Source of the DNA: Janthinobacterium lividum
GTDB lineage: Bacteria > Pseudomonadota > Alphaproteobacteria > Acetobacterales > Acetobacteraceae
Assembly (NCBI GenBank): GCA_050955025.1
Contig: JBPBQX010000330.1
Coordinates: 1-50,232, forward strand
DNA: 50,232 nucleotides
Direction of reading: 5' to 3'
Numbering within the stretch: position 1 is the first letter of the stretch; each line of letters starts with the position of its first letter. Made by a program: the position numbers and the translations under genes. Below, one piece after another: positions 8,944 to 18,136 of this stretch. The notes under the pieces were generated by a model, which saw only the letters and a program-made list of their open reading frames with translations, had not been told where the DNA came from and searched no databases.

Positions 8944-9792
8944 ATGGTTTCGGTGGACAGTCGAGTTGCCTACACGCAATCGTTGTGCCCGCAGTCCGGT
9001 CTGTCGAAAGGGAACGCCCTGTCGCAAGCCGGAAACTATGCTGCCCTTGCCTTCGAGCATGGCGGGCATTGCCCGATCTGCGATCGCGACGTCACCTTCG
9101 TCGCTAATGGTCCCTATTTCCGCAATACGCTGCGATGCAGCGTGTGCCGGTCGGCACCGCGTAACCGTGCCCTCATGCAGGTGCTGTCCAGGCACGCTCC
9201 CGGCTGGCGCGAGTTGGCCATCCATGAGGGTTCGCCCGGTTGGGACTCGTTCAGCAGGCGGCTGATGAGCGAGTGCAGGCACTACACCGCGTCGCAGTTC
9301 GACGCGACCGTGCCGTTCGGCTCGACTGTCGAGGCCACGTCCCTTCCTTGCGGGCGCTATCGCAGCGAGAACCTCGAAGGCCAGACTTTCGCCAGCGAGT
9401 CGTTCGACCTCGTGATCACGCAGGACGTGTTCGAGCACGTGTATCGTCCCGATCTGGCAATCCGCGAGATCGCCAGGACGCTGAAGCCCGGCGGTGCGAC
9501 GCTGATGACCGTGCCGCTCACCCGGCGGGGCCAGCCGTCGCGGCGGCGTGCATCCCTGGAGGGCAGCGTCGTGACCCGTCACCTGCAACCAGAACACCAC
9601 GGCAATCCGATCGGCACGGACGGTTCTCTGGTCACGATCGACTGGGGCTACGACATCGTCGCGTATCTGCAGAAGCATTCCGGCCTGTGCTTCATGATGC
9701 TGGCGATCGACGACATTGACCTCGGGATACGCGCCGAGATGAACGAGGTGTTGGTCGGCTTCAAGGTCCTTCCACCGGATCTTTCGCCCTAG
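8944..9792 (+). CDS. class I SAM-dependent methyltransferase with an N-terminal Cys4 zinc-ribbon-like motif
   Basis: ATG at 8944 (MVSVDSR...). CPICDRDV...LRCSVCRS, then SFDLVITQDVFEHVYRPDLAIREIARTLKPGGATLMTVP (Methyltransf_11-like). Confidence 0.8.
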   Translation: MVSVDSRVAYTQSLCPQSGLSKGNALSQAGNYAALAFEHGGHCPICDRDVTFVANGPYFRNTLRCSVCRSAPRNRALMQVLSRHAPGWRELAIHEGSPGWDSFSRRLMSECRHYTASQFDATVPFGSTVEATSLPCGRYRSENLEGQTFASESFDLVITQDVFEHVYRPDLAIREIARTLKPGGATLMTVPLTRRGQPSRRRASLEGSVVTRHLQPEHHGNPIGTDGSLVTIDWGYDIVAYLQKHSGLCFMMLAIDDIDLGIRAEMNEVLVGFKVLPPDLSP

Positions 9793-9951
9793 ATCCCGCG
9801 GTGGTTCGGGTGCCTGACGGTGATTGAACAAGGCTGATCTCCATGTCCGAAAGGCGCCCGGAGACCGGGAAACACAACCTGCAGCAACACTATGCCGAAA
9901 ATTTCCCGGATAGGCTGAAATTTCTGGCGTCCTTCGTCAGGGGCTGTAGGT

Positions 9952-12900
9952 ATGGTGGTAGGCACTCAGCCACGCAGGATCCTGACCGGCGACATGACGG
10001 ACTTCCTGGAACAACTGGTTGGTCGGCGCGGTTCACTCTTGGTGAACAGGCCTGCGGAAATGTCCGCGGGCGTCGATCAGGAAAGAGCCGGCGAGCAGCA
10101 GGCCTTCGAGGCAGGCTTGAGGGCGCACCAGCTCAGGATCATCACGCAGTCCGGGCTGTTCGACGAGGATTTCTACCTGTCGACCTACCCGGATGTGCTT
10201 CACGCCGACATTCCCGCGCTCGACCACTTCTTTGGTTTTGGCTATCTGGAAGGCCGCAGTCCGAACCGTTATTTCGAGCCGTTGTGGTATCTCGGACGCA
10301 ATCCCGACGTCGCGGCAACGGGAATGCACCCGCTTCTGCACTACATCCTGCACGGTGACCGTCAGGGCCAGGACCCGGGGCCGCTTTTCGATTGCGCTTG
10401 GTATCGCGTCCGGTACGACGTCGCGGCTGAGCTCTGCTCGCTCTCGCACTACCTCGCCAGCTGCGAGACCACCCCGCTCAGCCCTATCCCCGACTTCGAT
10501 GCGGAGTACTACGCGGCCCACAACCTCGACGTCGTGGCCGCAAAGGTCGACCTGTTCCAGCATTTCCACAACTACGGCCACCGGGAATGCCGCAATCCCT
10601 CGGCCGAGTTCGACGTCAAGTTCTACGTGGAGCGATATCTGCACGGCGATACGGGCGGCAACCCGCTGCTGCACTACGTGACACACAGGGGCGAGCCGGG
10701 CGTGTTCGGCAGGCTCCCGGACGACGAGCCCACGGTGTCGCGCGAGGTCAGGCACTTCACGAAGCCGAGCCCGGATTTCGAGGAGTTCCGCGGATTGGAC
10801 CGGGGCGCGCGGCCCAGGGTCAAGCTGCTGGCCTACTACCTCCCCCAATTCCACGCCTTCGAGGAGAACGACAGCTGGTGGGGGAAGGGCTTCATCGAGT
10901 GGACGAACATCGCCCGCGGCTCGCCCCGCTTCGTCGGTCACTACCAGCCGCGCGTTCCTCGCGATCTCGGATTCTATTCGCTGGACTCCATGGACACGAT
11001 GCGGCGCCAGATCGACATGGCGCAGGCCGCCGGGGTGCACGGCTTCGTGTTCTACTACTACTGGTTCAACGGCCGCCGGCTCATGGACAGGCCGCTGCAG
11101 CGTTTCCTCGCCGAGCCCGCGCTGGACATGCCGTTCGCGCTGATGTGGGCGAACGAGAACTGGACCAGGCGGTGGGACGGCGCCGACAGCGAGGTGCTGA
11201 TCTCGCAGGACTACCGCGCCCAGGACGACGCCGCGATGGCCGCGGAGTTCGCCGCGCACTTCAAGGATCCGCGCTACATCCGCCTGCAGGGGCGCCCGGT
11301 GCTGATGATCTACCGGCCCGGCCTCATCCCCGAGCCGGCGCGCACCATCCGGCGCTGGCGCGAGATGTTCCGCTCGGAGTTCGGCGAGGACCCGATCCTG
11401 GTGATGGCGCAGAGCTTCGGCGCGGACGACCCCAGGGCGTTCGGCCTGGACGGCGCGATCGAGTTCCCGCCGCACAAGCTGACGAGCAACCTGGCGCCGG
11501 CGAACCCCGGCTTCCGCTACCTGGACTACGATTTCAGGGGCAAGATCTACCACTACGACGACGTGGTCCGCGTGTCGCTCGACGCGCCCGATCCCGGGTT
11601 CCCGCTGGTCAAAACGGCCGTGCCGAGCTGGGACAACGACGCGCGTCGGCAGGGCAACGGCATCGTCCTCGCTGGCTCCACGCCCGCCAAGTACGAGACC
11701 TGGATGTCGCAGCTCGCGGCCAAGGCGCAGGCCGCCCCGTTCTTCGGCGAAGCCATTGTCTGCGTGAATGCCTGGAACGAGTGGTGCGAGGGCGCCTACC
11801 TGGAGCCCGACCTGCATTTCGGCGCGGCCTACCTGAACGCCACCGCGCGCGCCGTGTCGGGACGTGGCCGCCAGGAGGCCGTGCCGCGGATCGTCCTCGT
11901 GGGCCACGACGCGTTCCCGAGCGGCGCACAGCAGCTCCTGCTCGGCACGGCGCGCATGCTGCACGCGGCGTTCGGCATGGAGTGCGAGATCCTGCTGCTC
12001 GATGGCGGCGTGCTGCTCGACGCCTACATCGCGCAGGCGCCGACCACCGTCATCGCGTCCGACGCCCAGCTTTCCGCCAAGCTGCAGAGCCTTGCCGAGG
12101 CAGGGTTCGCCGGCGCCGTGATCAACACCGCGGCCGCGGCACGCGTGACCCCCTACTTCCAGGCCGCAGGCCTGCGCACGGTGCTGCAGATCCACGAGCT
12201 GCCTCGGATCATCCGCGAGAAGCACCTCGTCGCGAGCGCGAAAGCCGGCGTGGACGCGGCAGACCGCGTGGTATTCGCCGCCGAGTTCGTGCGCGACTCG
12301 ATCCTGGCCGAGCTTGGCGTCGCGGCCGACGAGCGCATGGTCGTCATGCCACAGGGGTCATACAGGAACGTCGCGTTCAGCGAGCCGGACGGCACCGCGG
12401 CGCGCCTCGGGCTCGGTCTCGGCGTGCAGGACAGGATGGTTCTCGGCGTCGGCTACGCGGACCTGCGCAAGGGGTTCGACCTGTTCCTGCAGCTCTGGCG
12501 GCTGCTGCAGGCCCCGGCCGGGCCGGGGCGCACCTGCCTAGTGTGGGTGGGAGGCATGGACCCGGCGCTGCGCGACTGGCTCGGCGCGGAGATCGCCGAG
12601 GCGGAAGCGTGCGGGACCTTCCGCATGGCCGGCTATCGCGACGACATGGCGGCGGTGTTCTCGGCCGCGGACGCCTTCGTGCTGACCTCGCGCGAGGACC
12701 CGTTCCCGACCGTGGTGATGGAGGCGCTCGGCGCCGGCCTGCCGGTGTTCGCGTTCGACCGTGCCGGGGGCATCCCCGACATGCTGCGCGAGACCGGGGA
12801 AGGCCACGTTCTGCCCTACGGCGACATCGTCGCGATGGCCGACGCGGTGCGCGTGGCGCTTGCCGCCGGCATCTCGCCGGAGCAGCGCGCCGCCCGCCAG

Positions 12901-13914
12901 GCGCTGGTTGCCACCCGGTTCGACTTCCGCGACTACGCCGGCCGGCTGCTGCGCCTGGTGCTTCCCGGCCTGCCGTCGGTCTCGGTGGTGGTGCCGAACT
13001 ACAACTATGCCCGCTTCATGCCGGACCGACTGGGCTCGATTTTCCAGCAGTCGCATCCGGTGCACGAGGTGATCGTGCTGGACGACTGCTCCACCGACAA
13101 CAGCTTGGCCGTGATCCCGGTTGTCGCCGAGAAGGCGGGGCGCAGGGTGCGCCTGGTGCCCAACGCGGCCAACTCGGGCTCGGTGTTTGCGCAATGGCGC
13201 CGTGCTGCCGAGCTCGCCGACGGGGAGTTCCTCTGGATCGCCGAGGCCGACGACCTGTCCGATCGCGGGTTCCTGGCCAACGTGCTGGCCCTGATGACGT
13301 CCGACCCCGCGATCGGGATCGGCTTCTGCGACAGCCGGACGATCGACCTGGCCGGCAGTCCGCAGTGGGGCAGCTACAAGGAATACTACGCCTCGGTCGA
13401 GCCGGGAGCGCTGGCAAGGACCGAGGTGTTCGACGCCGCCTCGTTCGTGGAGCGCTTCCTGTCCGTCAGGAACCTGATCCTCAACGTGAGCGCCGTGGTG
13501 TGGCGCCGCCGCGCGCTGCTGCAGGCCCTGGACAGCTGCGAGGCCGCGCTGGGAGCCTTCCGGATGGCGGGCGACTGGAGGCTCTACCTCGAGGTGCTGC
13601 GACAGGGCGGCAGGGTCGCCTACGTCGCCGAGCCCCTCAACGTCCATCGGCGCCACGCCCAGAGCGTCACCCACGCGCTGGACGGCGAGCGCCACGTGGA
13701 CGAGATCCGGCAGTGCCACGCACTGGTCCGCGACGCGTGGCCTCTTTCGGAGGCGCGCCGCGCGCAGCAGGCGCACTACCTCGCCGAGGTGGCGACGCAG
13801 CTCGGCGTTCCGCCGGGTGGCAAGAAGATTTCCGTCGCGGTCACCACGAAGCTGGCCGCTGGCGTCCGAAAGTCACGGAACGCGACGGCGCGGGGAAGGA
13901 AGGCGGCCGAGTAG
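9952..13914 (+). CDS. 1320-aa multidomain glycosyltransferase: 5 aromatic repeats + WbsX-like domain + GT4 (GT-B) + GT2 (GT-A)
   Basis: ATG at 9952 (alternative at 9994). Repeats span about 10159-10704. WbsX-like domain KLLAYYLPQFHAFEENDSWWGKGFIEWTNI...ALMWANENWTRRWDG...NAWNEWCEGAYLEPD. GT4 domain ...GYRDDMAAVFSAADAFVLTSREDPFPTVVMEALGAGLPVFAF. GT2 domain SVSVVVPNYNYARFMPDRLGSIFQQSHPVHEVIVLDDCSTDNS...WIAEADD. Confidence 0.85.
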   Translation: MVVGTQPRRILTGDMTDFLEQLVGRRGSLLVNRPAEMSAGVDQERAGEQQAFEAGLRAHQLRIITQSGLFDEDFYLSTYPDVLHADIPALDHFFGFGYLEGRSPNRYFEPLWYLGRNPDVAATGMHPLLHYILHGDRQGQDPGPLFDCAWYRVRYDVAAELCSLSHYLASCETTPLSPIPDFDAEYYAAHNLDVVAAKVDLFQHFHNYGHRECRNPSAEFDVKFYVERYLHGDTGGNPLLHYVTHRGEPGVFGRLPDDEPTVSREVRHFTKPSPDFEEFRGLDRGARPRVKLLAYYLPQFHAFEENDSWWGKGFIEWTNIARGSPRFVGHYQPRVPRDLGFYSLDSMDTMRRQIDMAQAAGVHGFVFYYYWFNGRRLMDRPLQRFLAEPALDMPFALMWANENWTRRWDGADSEVLISQDYRAQDDAAMAAEFAAHFKDPRYIRLQGRPVLMIYRPGLIPEPARTIRRWREMFRSEFGEDPILVMAQSFGADDPRAFGLDGAIEFPPHKLTSNLAPANPGFRYLDYDFRGKIYHYDDVVRVSLDAPDPGFPLVKTAVPSWDNDARRQGNGIVLAGSTPAKYETWMSQLAAKAQAAPFFGEAIVCVNAWNEWCEGAYLEPDLHFGAAYLNATARAVSGRGRQEAVPRIVLVGHDAFPSGAQQLLLGTARMLHAAFGMECEILLLDGGVLLDAYIAQAPTTVIASDAQLSAKLQSLAEAGFAGAVINTAAAARVTPYFQAAGLRTVLQIHELPRIIREKHLVASAKAGVDAADRVVFAAEFVRDSILAELGVAADERMVVMPQGSYRNVAFSEPDGTAARLGLGLGVQDRMVLGVGYADLRKGFDLFLQLWRLLQAPAGPGRTCLVWVGGMDPALRDWLGAEIAEAEACGTFRMAGYRDDMAAVFSAADAFVLTSREDPFPTVVMEALGAGLPVFAFDRAGGIPDMLRETGEGHVLPYGDIVAMADAVRVALAAGISPEQRAARQALVATRFDFRDYAGRLLRLVLPGLPSVSVVVPNYNYARFMPDRLGSIFQQSHPVHEVIVLDDCSTDNSLAVIPVVAEKAGRRVRLVPNAANSGSVFAQWRRAAELADGEFLWIAEADDLSDRGFLANVLALMTSDPAIGIGFCDSRTIDLAGSPQWGSYKEYYASVEPGALARTEVFDAASFVERFLSVRNLILNVSAVVWRRRALLQALDSCEAALGAFRMAGDWRLYLEVLRQGGRVAYVAEPLNVHRRHAQSVTHALDGERHVDEIRQCHALVRDAWPLSEARRAQQAHYLAEVATQLGVPPGGKKISVAVTTKLAAGVRKSRNATARGRKAAE

Positions 13915-13945
13915 CGGTCCCTCAAGCAGGTCAGGATCCACCCAG

Positions 13946-14389
13946 ATGTACGTGCCTCCCCTCGACAGCATCCTCCGCTCCATCGGCATGGATCGTGCGT
14001 CCTTCAACACGGCGAGATCCGTGAAGATTCCCAAGGAGCTGTTCAACCTCCTGCTGCAGGTGGCCGTCGCTTCCAGCGACTTCAACGAGGCGGGGTACGT
14101 GCGGGAGAACCCGGACATCGCCGCCGCCGTCCGCGCCGGTTCGGTCGAGGACGCACGCGCCCACTACATCGGCTACGGATTCCTCGAGGGTCGCCTGGGC
14201 GCGACGCCCAACGTGGACGAGCGCTGGTACATGCAGACCTATCCCGATGTCGCCCAAGCCGTGAAGCAGGGCAAGGTCGCGTCCGCCGGCGAGCACTACA
14301 ACGTCATGGGCGCTGCAGAAGGCCGCAGCCCGAGCCCCGACCACACCGCGGTCGCCGTCCAGTGGAAGCGGGCCCTGGCCAAAGCCTGA
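13946..14389 (+). CDS. 147-aa protein consisting essentially of two copies of the island-specific aromatic repeat module
   Basis: ATG at 13946. FNEAGYVRENPDIAAAVRAGSVEDARAHYIGYGFLEGR and VDERWYMQTYPDVAQAVKQGKVASAGEHYNVMGAAEGRSP match the repeats in the 1320-aa and 837-aa proteins. Confidence 0.6.
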   Translation: MYVPPLDSILRSIGMDRASFNTARSVKIPKELFNLLLQVAVASSDFNEAGYVRENPDIAAAVRAGSVEDARAHYIGYGFLEGRLGATPNVDERWYMQTYPDVAQAVKQGKVASAGEHYNVMGAAEGRSPSPDHTAVAVQWKRALAKA

Positions 14390-14789
14390 GGCAGGCGCCC
14401 GGACGGAAGGCGCTGCCGCGCGGACAGGATCGACCGCCGGGTGATGGTCGCGATCGCGGCGGCAGCAGCGCCGGTGCCTTTCCCGGACTGGTGCCGGCAG
14501 CCGCCCCGCGATCCTTCAGGCCCGCGGCCGGACTGGTCGAACACCTGCATGGCCCGCTTGTGTCGGGTGCCTCGGAACGGGCGGCGAGGCTGTGGGCGGG
14601 TCGTGACCGGGCCCCGGGCCCGGCTGCCGGCTCCAGGCGGCCCGTGCCCTGGAGGCGGGCGCATGCTTGATCCGGCACGACGTTGCGTCTTCCATGGCCG
14701 CGCTCGCGCTTCCTGCGCGGCGCGCCGGCTGCCGGTCCCCGACGGGACAGGGCCACGGCTGTGGAGGAGCGGGCGCTGCCCGGTGTCGC

Positions 14790-15944
14790 ATGAAGATCCC
14801 GCTGATCCAGCCCAACCCCAGCCGCCTGAGCCAGCTCGGCGCGGAGCTCGCCCTGATCGAGGAAAGCGGGGTCTACTCCAACTACGGACCCGTCAACACG
14901 CGCTTCGAGCACGCCCTGACCGCCACCCTGTTCGAAGGCGTCGGCGGATGCCTCACCGTGTGCAACGCCACCATCGGCCTCATGGTGGCCCTGCGCCACG
15001 CCGTCGACACCGCAGGCCGCGGCCTGCGCAGGGACGACGCCGCGCGCCGCCGCTACGTTATCATGCCCTCCTTCACCTTCGCCGCCACCGCGCACGCCGC
15101 GCTCTGGTGCGGCCTGACCCCGCTGCTGTGCGACATCGACCCCGACACCTGGATGCCCTCCCACGAGGCCGAGGACGCGCTCCTCGCCCGCTACGCCGGG
15201 CAGGTCGCCGCCATCGTCCCCTACGCAACCTTCGGCAACTGCCTCGACATGGACCGATACGACCGCATCGCCCGCGAGCACGGGGTGCCGGTGGTGGTCG
15301 ATGCGGCGGCCTCGCTGGGCTCGCTGGACGAGCTAGGGCGCGGCTTCGGCACGGGGTCGCGGCACTCGGTGGTGTTCTCGATGCACGCCACGAAGACCTT
15401 CGCGGTGGCCGAGGGCGGGGTGATCTACAACGCCGACCCCGACGCCCTCGCCGCGATGCGCGCCATGGGCAACGAGGGGGCGGTGGAGGGGAACGCAGTG
15501 AGCCTGCCGGGGCTGACTGCCGGCCTGGGCGAGGTGGCGGCGCTGCAGGCGCTGGCCAAGCTCGCGGAGTTCCCGTCCGTGGTCGCGCACCGCACCGAAC
15601 TCGCCGCCGACTATGCGCGCGGCCTGCCCGGGTGGACGTTCCAGCGCACGGTCGGGCGGCTGCAGACGCACCAGTTCATGCCGGTGCTGCTGCCCGACTC
15701 GTGGACGGGCACGCGGCCGGCGTTCCTTGCGGCTCTAGCGGAGCGCGGGGTTGCTGCGGCGACGTATTTCTCGCCGCACCTGGCCGAGCAGCCGTATTTT
15801 CGCGATACCTGCGTGACCGGCGGGCTCGGAACCACCGAGCGCATCGCCTCGCGCGTGATCAGCCTGCCGCTGTTCGACAGGCTGACGGAGGCGGAGGTTG
15901 CAGTGGTCTGCGCGGAGCTGCGGGCGCTGGTCAGCCAGGAATAG
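14790..15944 (+). CDS. DegT/DnrJ/EryC1/StrS-family sugar aminotransferase
   Basis: ATG at 14790 (MKIPLIQPNPSRL...). ...CNATIGLMVAL...IMPSFTFAATAHAALWCGLTPLLCDIDPDTW...VVFSMHATKTFAVAEGGVIYN (active-site Lys context). Its 3' end overlaps the convergent kinase gene by 14 nt. Confidence 0.85.
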   Translation: MKIPLIQPNPSRLSQLGAELALIEESGVYSNYGPVNTRFEHALTATLFEGVGGCLTVCNATIGLMVALRHAVDTAGRGLRRDDAARRRYVIMPSFTFAATAHAALWCGLTPLLCDIDPDTWMPSHEAEDALLARYAGQVAAIVPYATFGNCLDMDRYDRIAREHGVPVVVDAAASLGSLDELGRGFGTGSRHSVVFSMHATKTFAVAEGGVIYNADPDALAAMRAMGNEGAVEGNAVSLPGLTAGLGEVAALQALAKLAEFPSVVAHRTELAADYARGLPGWTFQRTVGRLQTHQFMPVLLPDSWTGTRPAFLAALAERGVAAATYFSPHLAEQPYFRDTCVTGGLGTTERIASRVISLPLFDRLTEAEVAVVCAELRALVSQE

Positions 15945-16575
15945 CGGACGCGACGCCCTGCGCCTGCGGATCGACCGCCAGGTCCGCACGGTCGCGCGTG
16001 GCCAGGATCAGGCGGGCGTTCGGCAGGTCGGTGGCATGGATCCAGGCACGCGCTTCCGCCGCGCTCCGCCCGAACGCGACGTGGCGGGCGAGCAGCCAGG
16101 CATCGCGCACCGCCTCGTCCGTGGCCACGAACCAGCTCTCGTCGAGCAGGTCGCGGACCGGCTCGAAGGGACCGTCTATGAGCAGGTAGTTGCCTTCCGT
16201 GATGACCAAACGCTTTTCGGGCGAGACCGGAACGGCGCCCGCGACCGGCTCCTCGATCTCGCGCCGGAACTGTGGCGCGTAGACGGTCTCTCCCGGCTCC
16301 GGGTGCTTCAGGCGCCGCAGCAGGGCGACGTAGCCGGCGGCGTCGAAGGTGTCGGGCGCGCCCTTGCGGCCGGCGCGGCCGAGCCGGGCCAGCTCGGCGT
16401 TGGCGAGGTGGAACCCGTCCATCGGCACCACCACCGCCAGCGGTCCCAGCGCCTCGGCCAGGGCGGCCGCGAGCGACGACTTGCCGCTGCCCGGCGCTCC
16501 GGTGAGGCCAAGCAGGCTTCGGCCGTCCCTGGCGAGGAGCGACTGCGCACGGCCGAGAAGATGGGGGGCGATCAC
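15931..16575 (-). CDS. P-loop nucleoside/nucleotide kinase family protein (FrcK/uridine-kinase-like)
   Basis: GTG at 16575 overlaps the upstream stop (GTGA). LLGLTGAPGSGKSSLA...VVPMDGFHLAN...RKGAPDTFD...VITEGNYLL. Confidence 0.7.
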   Translation of the reverse strand: MIAPHLLGRAQSLLARDGRSLLGLTGAPGSGKSSLAAALAEALGPLAVVVPMDGFHLANAELARLGRAGRKGAPDTFDAAGYVALLRRLKHPEPGETVYAPQFRREIEEPVAGAVPVSPEKRLVITEGNYLLIDGPFEPVRDLLDESWFVATDEAVRDAWLLARHVAFGRSAAEARAWIHATDLPNARLILATRDRADLAVDPQAQGVASAIPG

Positions 16576-17960
16576 GTGCCCCCTCCGGCAGCGGCCGTGA
16601 CAGGGGCTCGCCCCGTCCTGAACCCGTTCGCCGGGTGGCGCTCCGGCAGCCGCGGCCCCTGTCCGAACAGCTTCTCCCGCAGGGTGCCGGATGCGTAACC
16701 CTGCCTGAAGGCGCCGCGCCGCTGCAGCTCGGGCACCAGCAGCTCGACCACGTCGGCAAAGGTTTCCGGCATCACCACGCTGGCCAGGTTGTAGCCGTCC
16801 ACGCCGGTCTCCTCCATCCACCGCACGAGGAACTCCGCCACCGTCGCCGGCGAGCCCACGGCCAGCGGCCCGACCCCGCCGATCGCCACGTGCTCCGCGA
16901 CCTCGCCGACGGTCCACGCGCGCGACGGGTCGGCGCGGGTGAAGTTCTCCATGACCGTGCGGCCGGCGTCGCTCCGGACGTGGCGCACGAGCTGGCCCGG
17001 ATCGATGTCGGAGTAGTCCACCCCGGTCCAGCCGGACAGCAGCACCAGCGCGCCCTCGGTGCTGACGTGGCGCCGGTACTCCGCGAGCTTGTCCTGCGCC
17101 TCGACGTCGGTGCGGCCCACCACCACCGTCATCAGCGCGAACACCAGCAGGTCTTCGGCCTCTCGCCCGGCTGCCAGCACGCGGCGGCGCAGTTCCGCTA
17201 CGCGCGGCGCGATCACGCGCGCGGAAGGGCCGGACATGAACACGCATTCCGCGTGGCGAGCCGCGAAGGCCAGTCCGGCCGGCGAGCTGCCCGCCTGGTA
17301 CAGCACCGGGGTGCGCTGCGGCGAGGGTTCGCACAGGTGGATGCCGTCGAGGCGGTAGTGTTCGCCGCGGTGGTGCACGGCGTGCACGCGCGAGGGCTCG
17401 GCATAGAGGCCGCGCGCCCGGTCGGCCAGCACCGCGCCGTCCTCCCAGCTGCCTTCCCACAGCTTGTAGGCAAGCTGCATGTACTCCTCGGCAATGTCGT
17501 AGCGCGCGTCATGCGCCACCTGCCGCGGCCGGCCCATCGCGCGGGCGGCGCTGTCGAGGTAGCTGGTGACCACGTTCCAGCCGACCCGTCCTTCCGTCAG
17601 GTGGTCGAGCGTGGAAAGCCGGCGGGCCAGCAGGTAGGGCGGCTCGTAGCTCAGCGAGGAGGTGATGCCGAACCCCAGGTGCCGCGTCACCGCGGCCATC
17701 GCCGGGACCAGCAGCATCGGGTCGCCCAGCGGCACCTGGGCGGCACGGCGCAGCGCCGCGTCCGGGCTCGATCCGAACACGTCGTACGGCCCCAGCACGT
17801 CGGCGAGGAACAGCCCGTCCAGGCAGCCCCGCTCGAGCAGGCGCGCCAGCCCCGTCCAGTGCGCAAGACTGTTGTAGTCGGTCGAGCGGTCGCGCGGGTG
17901 GGTCCACAGGCCCGGCGAGACGTGCCCGACCGCGTTCATGGAGAAGGCGTTCAGCCGCAT
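16572..17960 (-). CDS. LLM-class flavin-dependent monooxygenase (NtaA/SnaA/DszA family)
   Basis: The ATG at 17960 gives MRLNAFSMNAVGHVSPGLWTHPRDRSTDYNSLAHWTGLARLLERGCLDGLFLADVLG..., which is family-typical along the whole length. Confidence 0.85.
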   Translation of the reverse strand: MRLNAFSMNAVGHVSPGLWTHPRDRSTDYNSLAHWTGLARLLERGCLDGLFLADVLGPYDVFGSSPDAALRRAAQVPLGDPMLLVPAMAAVTRHLGFGITSSLSYEPPYLLARRLSTLDHLTEGRVGWNVVTSYLDSAARAMGRPRQVAHDARYDIAEEYMQLAYKLWEGSWEDGAVLADRARGLYAEPSRVHAVHHRGEHYRLDGIHLCEPSPQRTPVLYQAGSSPAGLAFAARHAECVFMSGPSARVIAPRVAELRRRVLAAGREAEDLLVFALMTVVVGRTDVEAQDKLAEYRRHVSTEGALVLLSGWTGVDYSDIDPGQLVRHVRSDAGRTVMENFTRADPSRAWTVGEVAEHVAIGGVGPLAVGSPATVAEFLVRWMEETGVDGYNLASVVMPETFADVVELLVPELQRRGAFRQGYASGTLREKLFGQGPRLPERHPANGFRTGRAPVTAAAGGGT

Positions 17961-18004
17961 CTGCCTGGTCACGGGCCGGGTCCGGGATGGCGCGGGACGA
18001 ACAG

Positions 18005-18116
18005 GCAAGGTTGAGGCTCTGCCTCAAACTCCGCCAAAGGCTCGCCTTTGGAATCCACGACTTAAGAGAAGGGTTTCCAAAGGTCCCTGCCCTTTGGCGG
18101 GTTCGGGCAGAGCCCG
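18005..18116. repeat. composite two-arm REP/MITE-like element
   Basis: The left arm GCAAGGTTGAGGCTCTGCCTCAAACTCCGCCAAAGGCTCGCCTTTGGAATCCAC is identical to that of the copy at 24351. It is followed by the spacer ...TTAAGAGAAGGG... and an inverted right arm TTTCCAAAGGTCCCTGCCCTTTGGCGGGTTCGGGCAGAGCCCG. Confidence 0.85.
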
Positions 18117-18136
18117 ATTTATCCTTGTCCAGGACA

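Noticed and set aside
14390-14789. A 400-bp GC-rich gap between the repeat-only protein and the DegT gene. It could hide a small gene or RNA.
   Set aside because: All ORFs here translate to Arg/Pro/Gly-rich nonsense. I saw only an imperfect hairpin (GGCAGGCGCC...GGCGCTGCC) right after the stop at 14389 and no promoter-like or conserved motif. It stays unassigned rather than reported.
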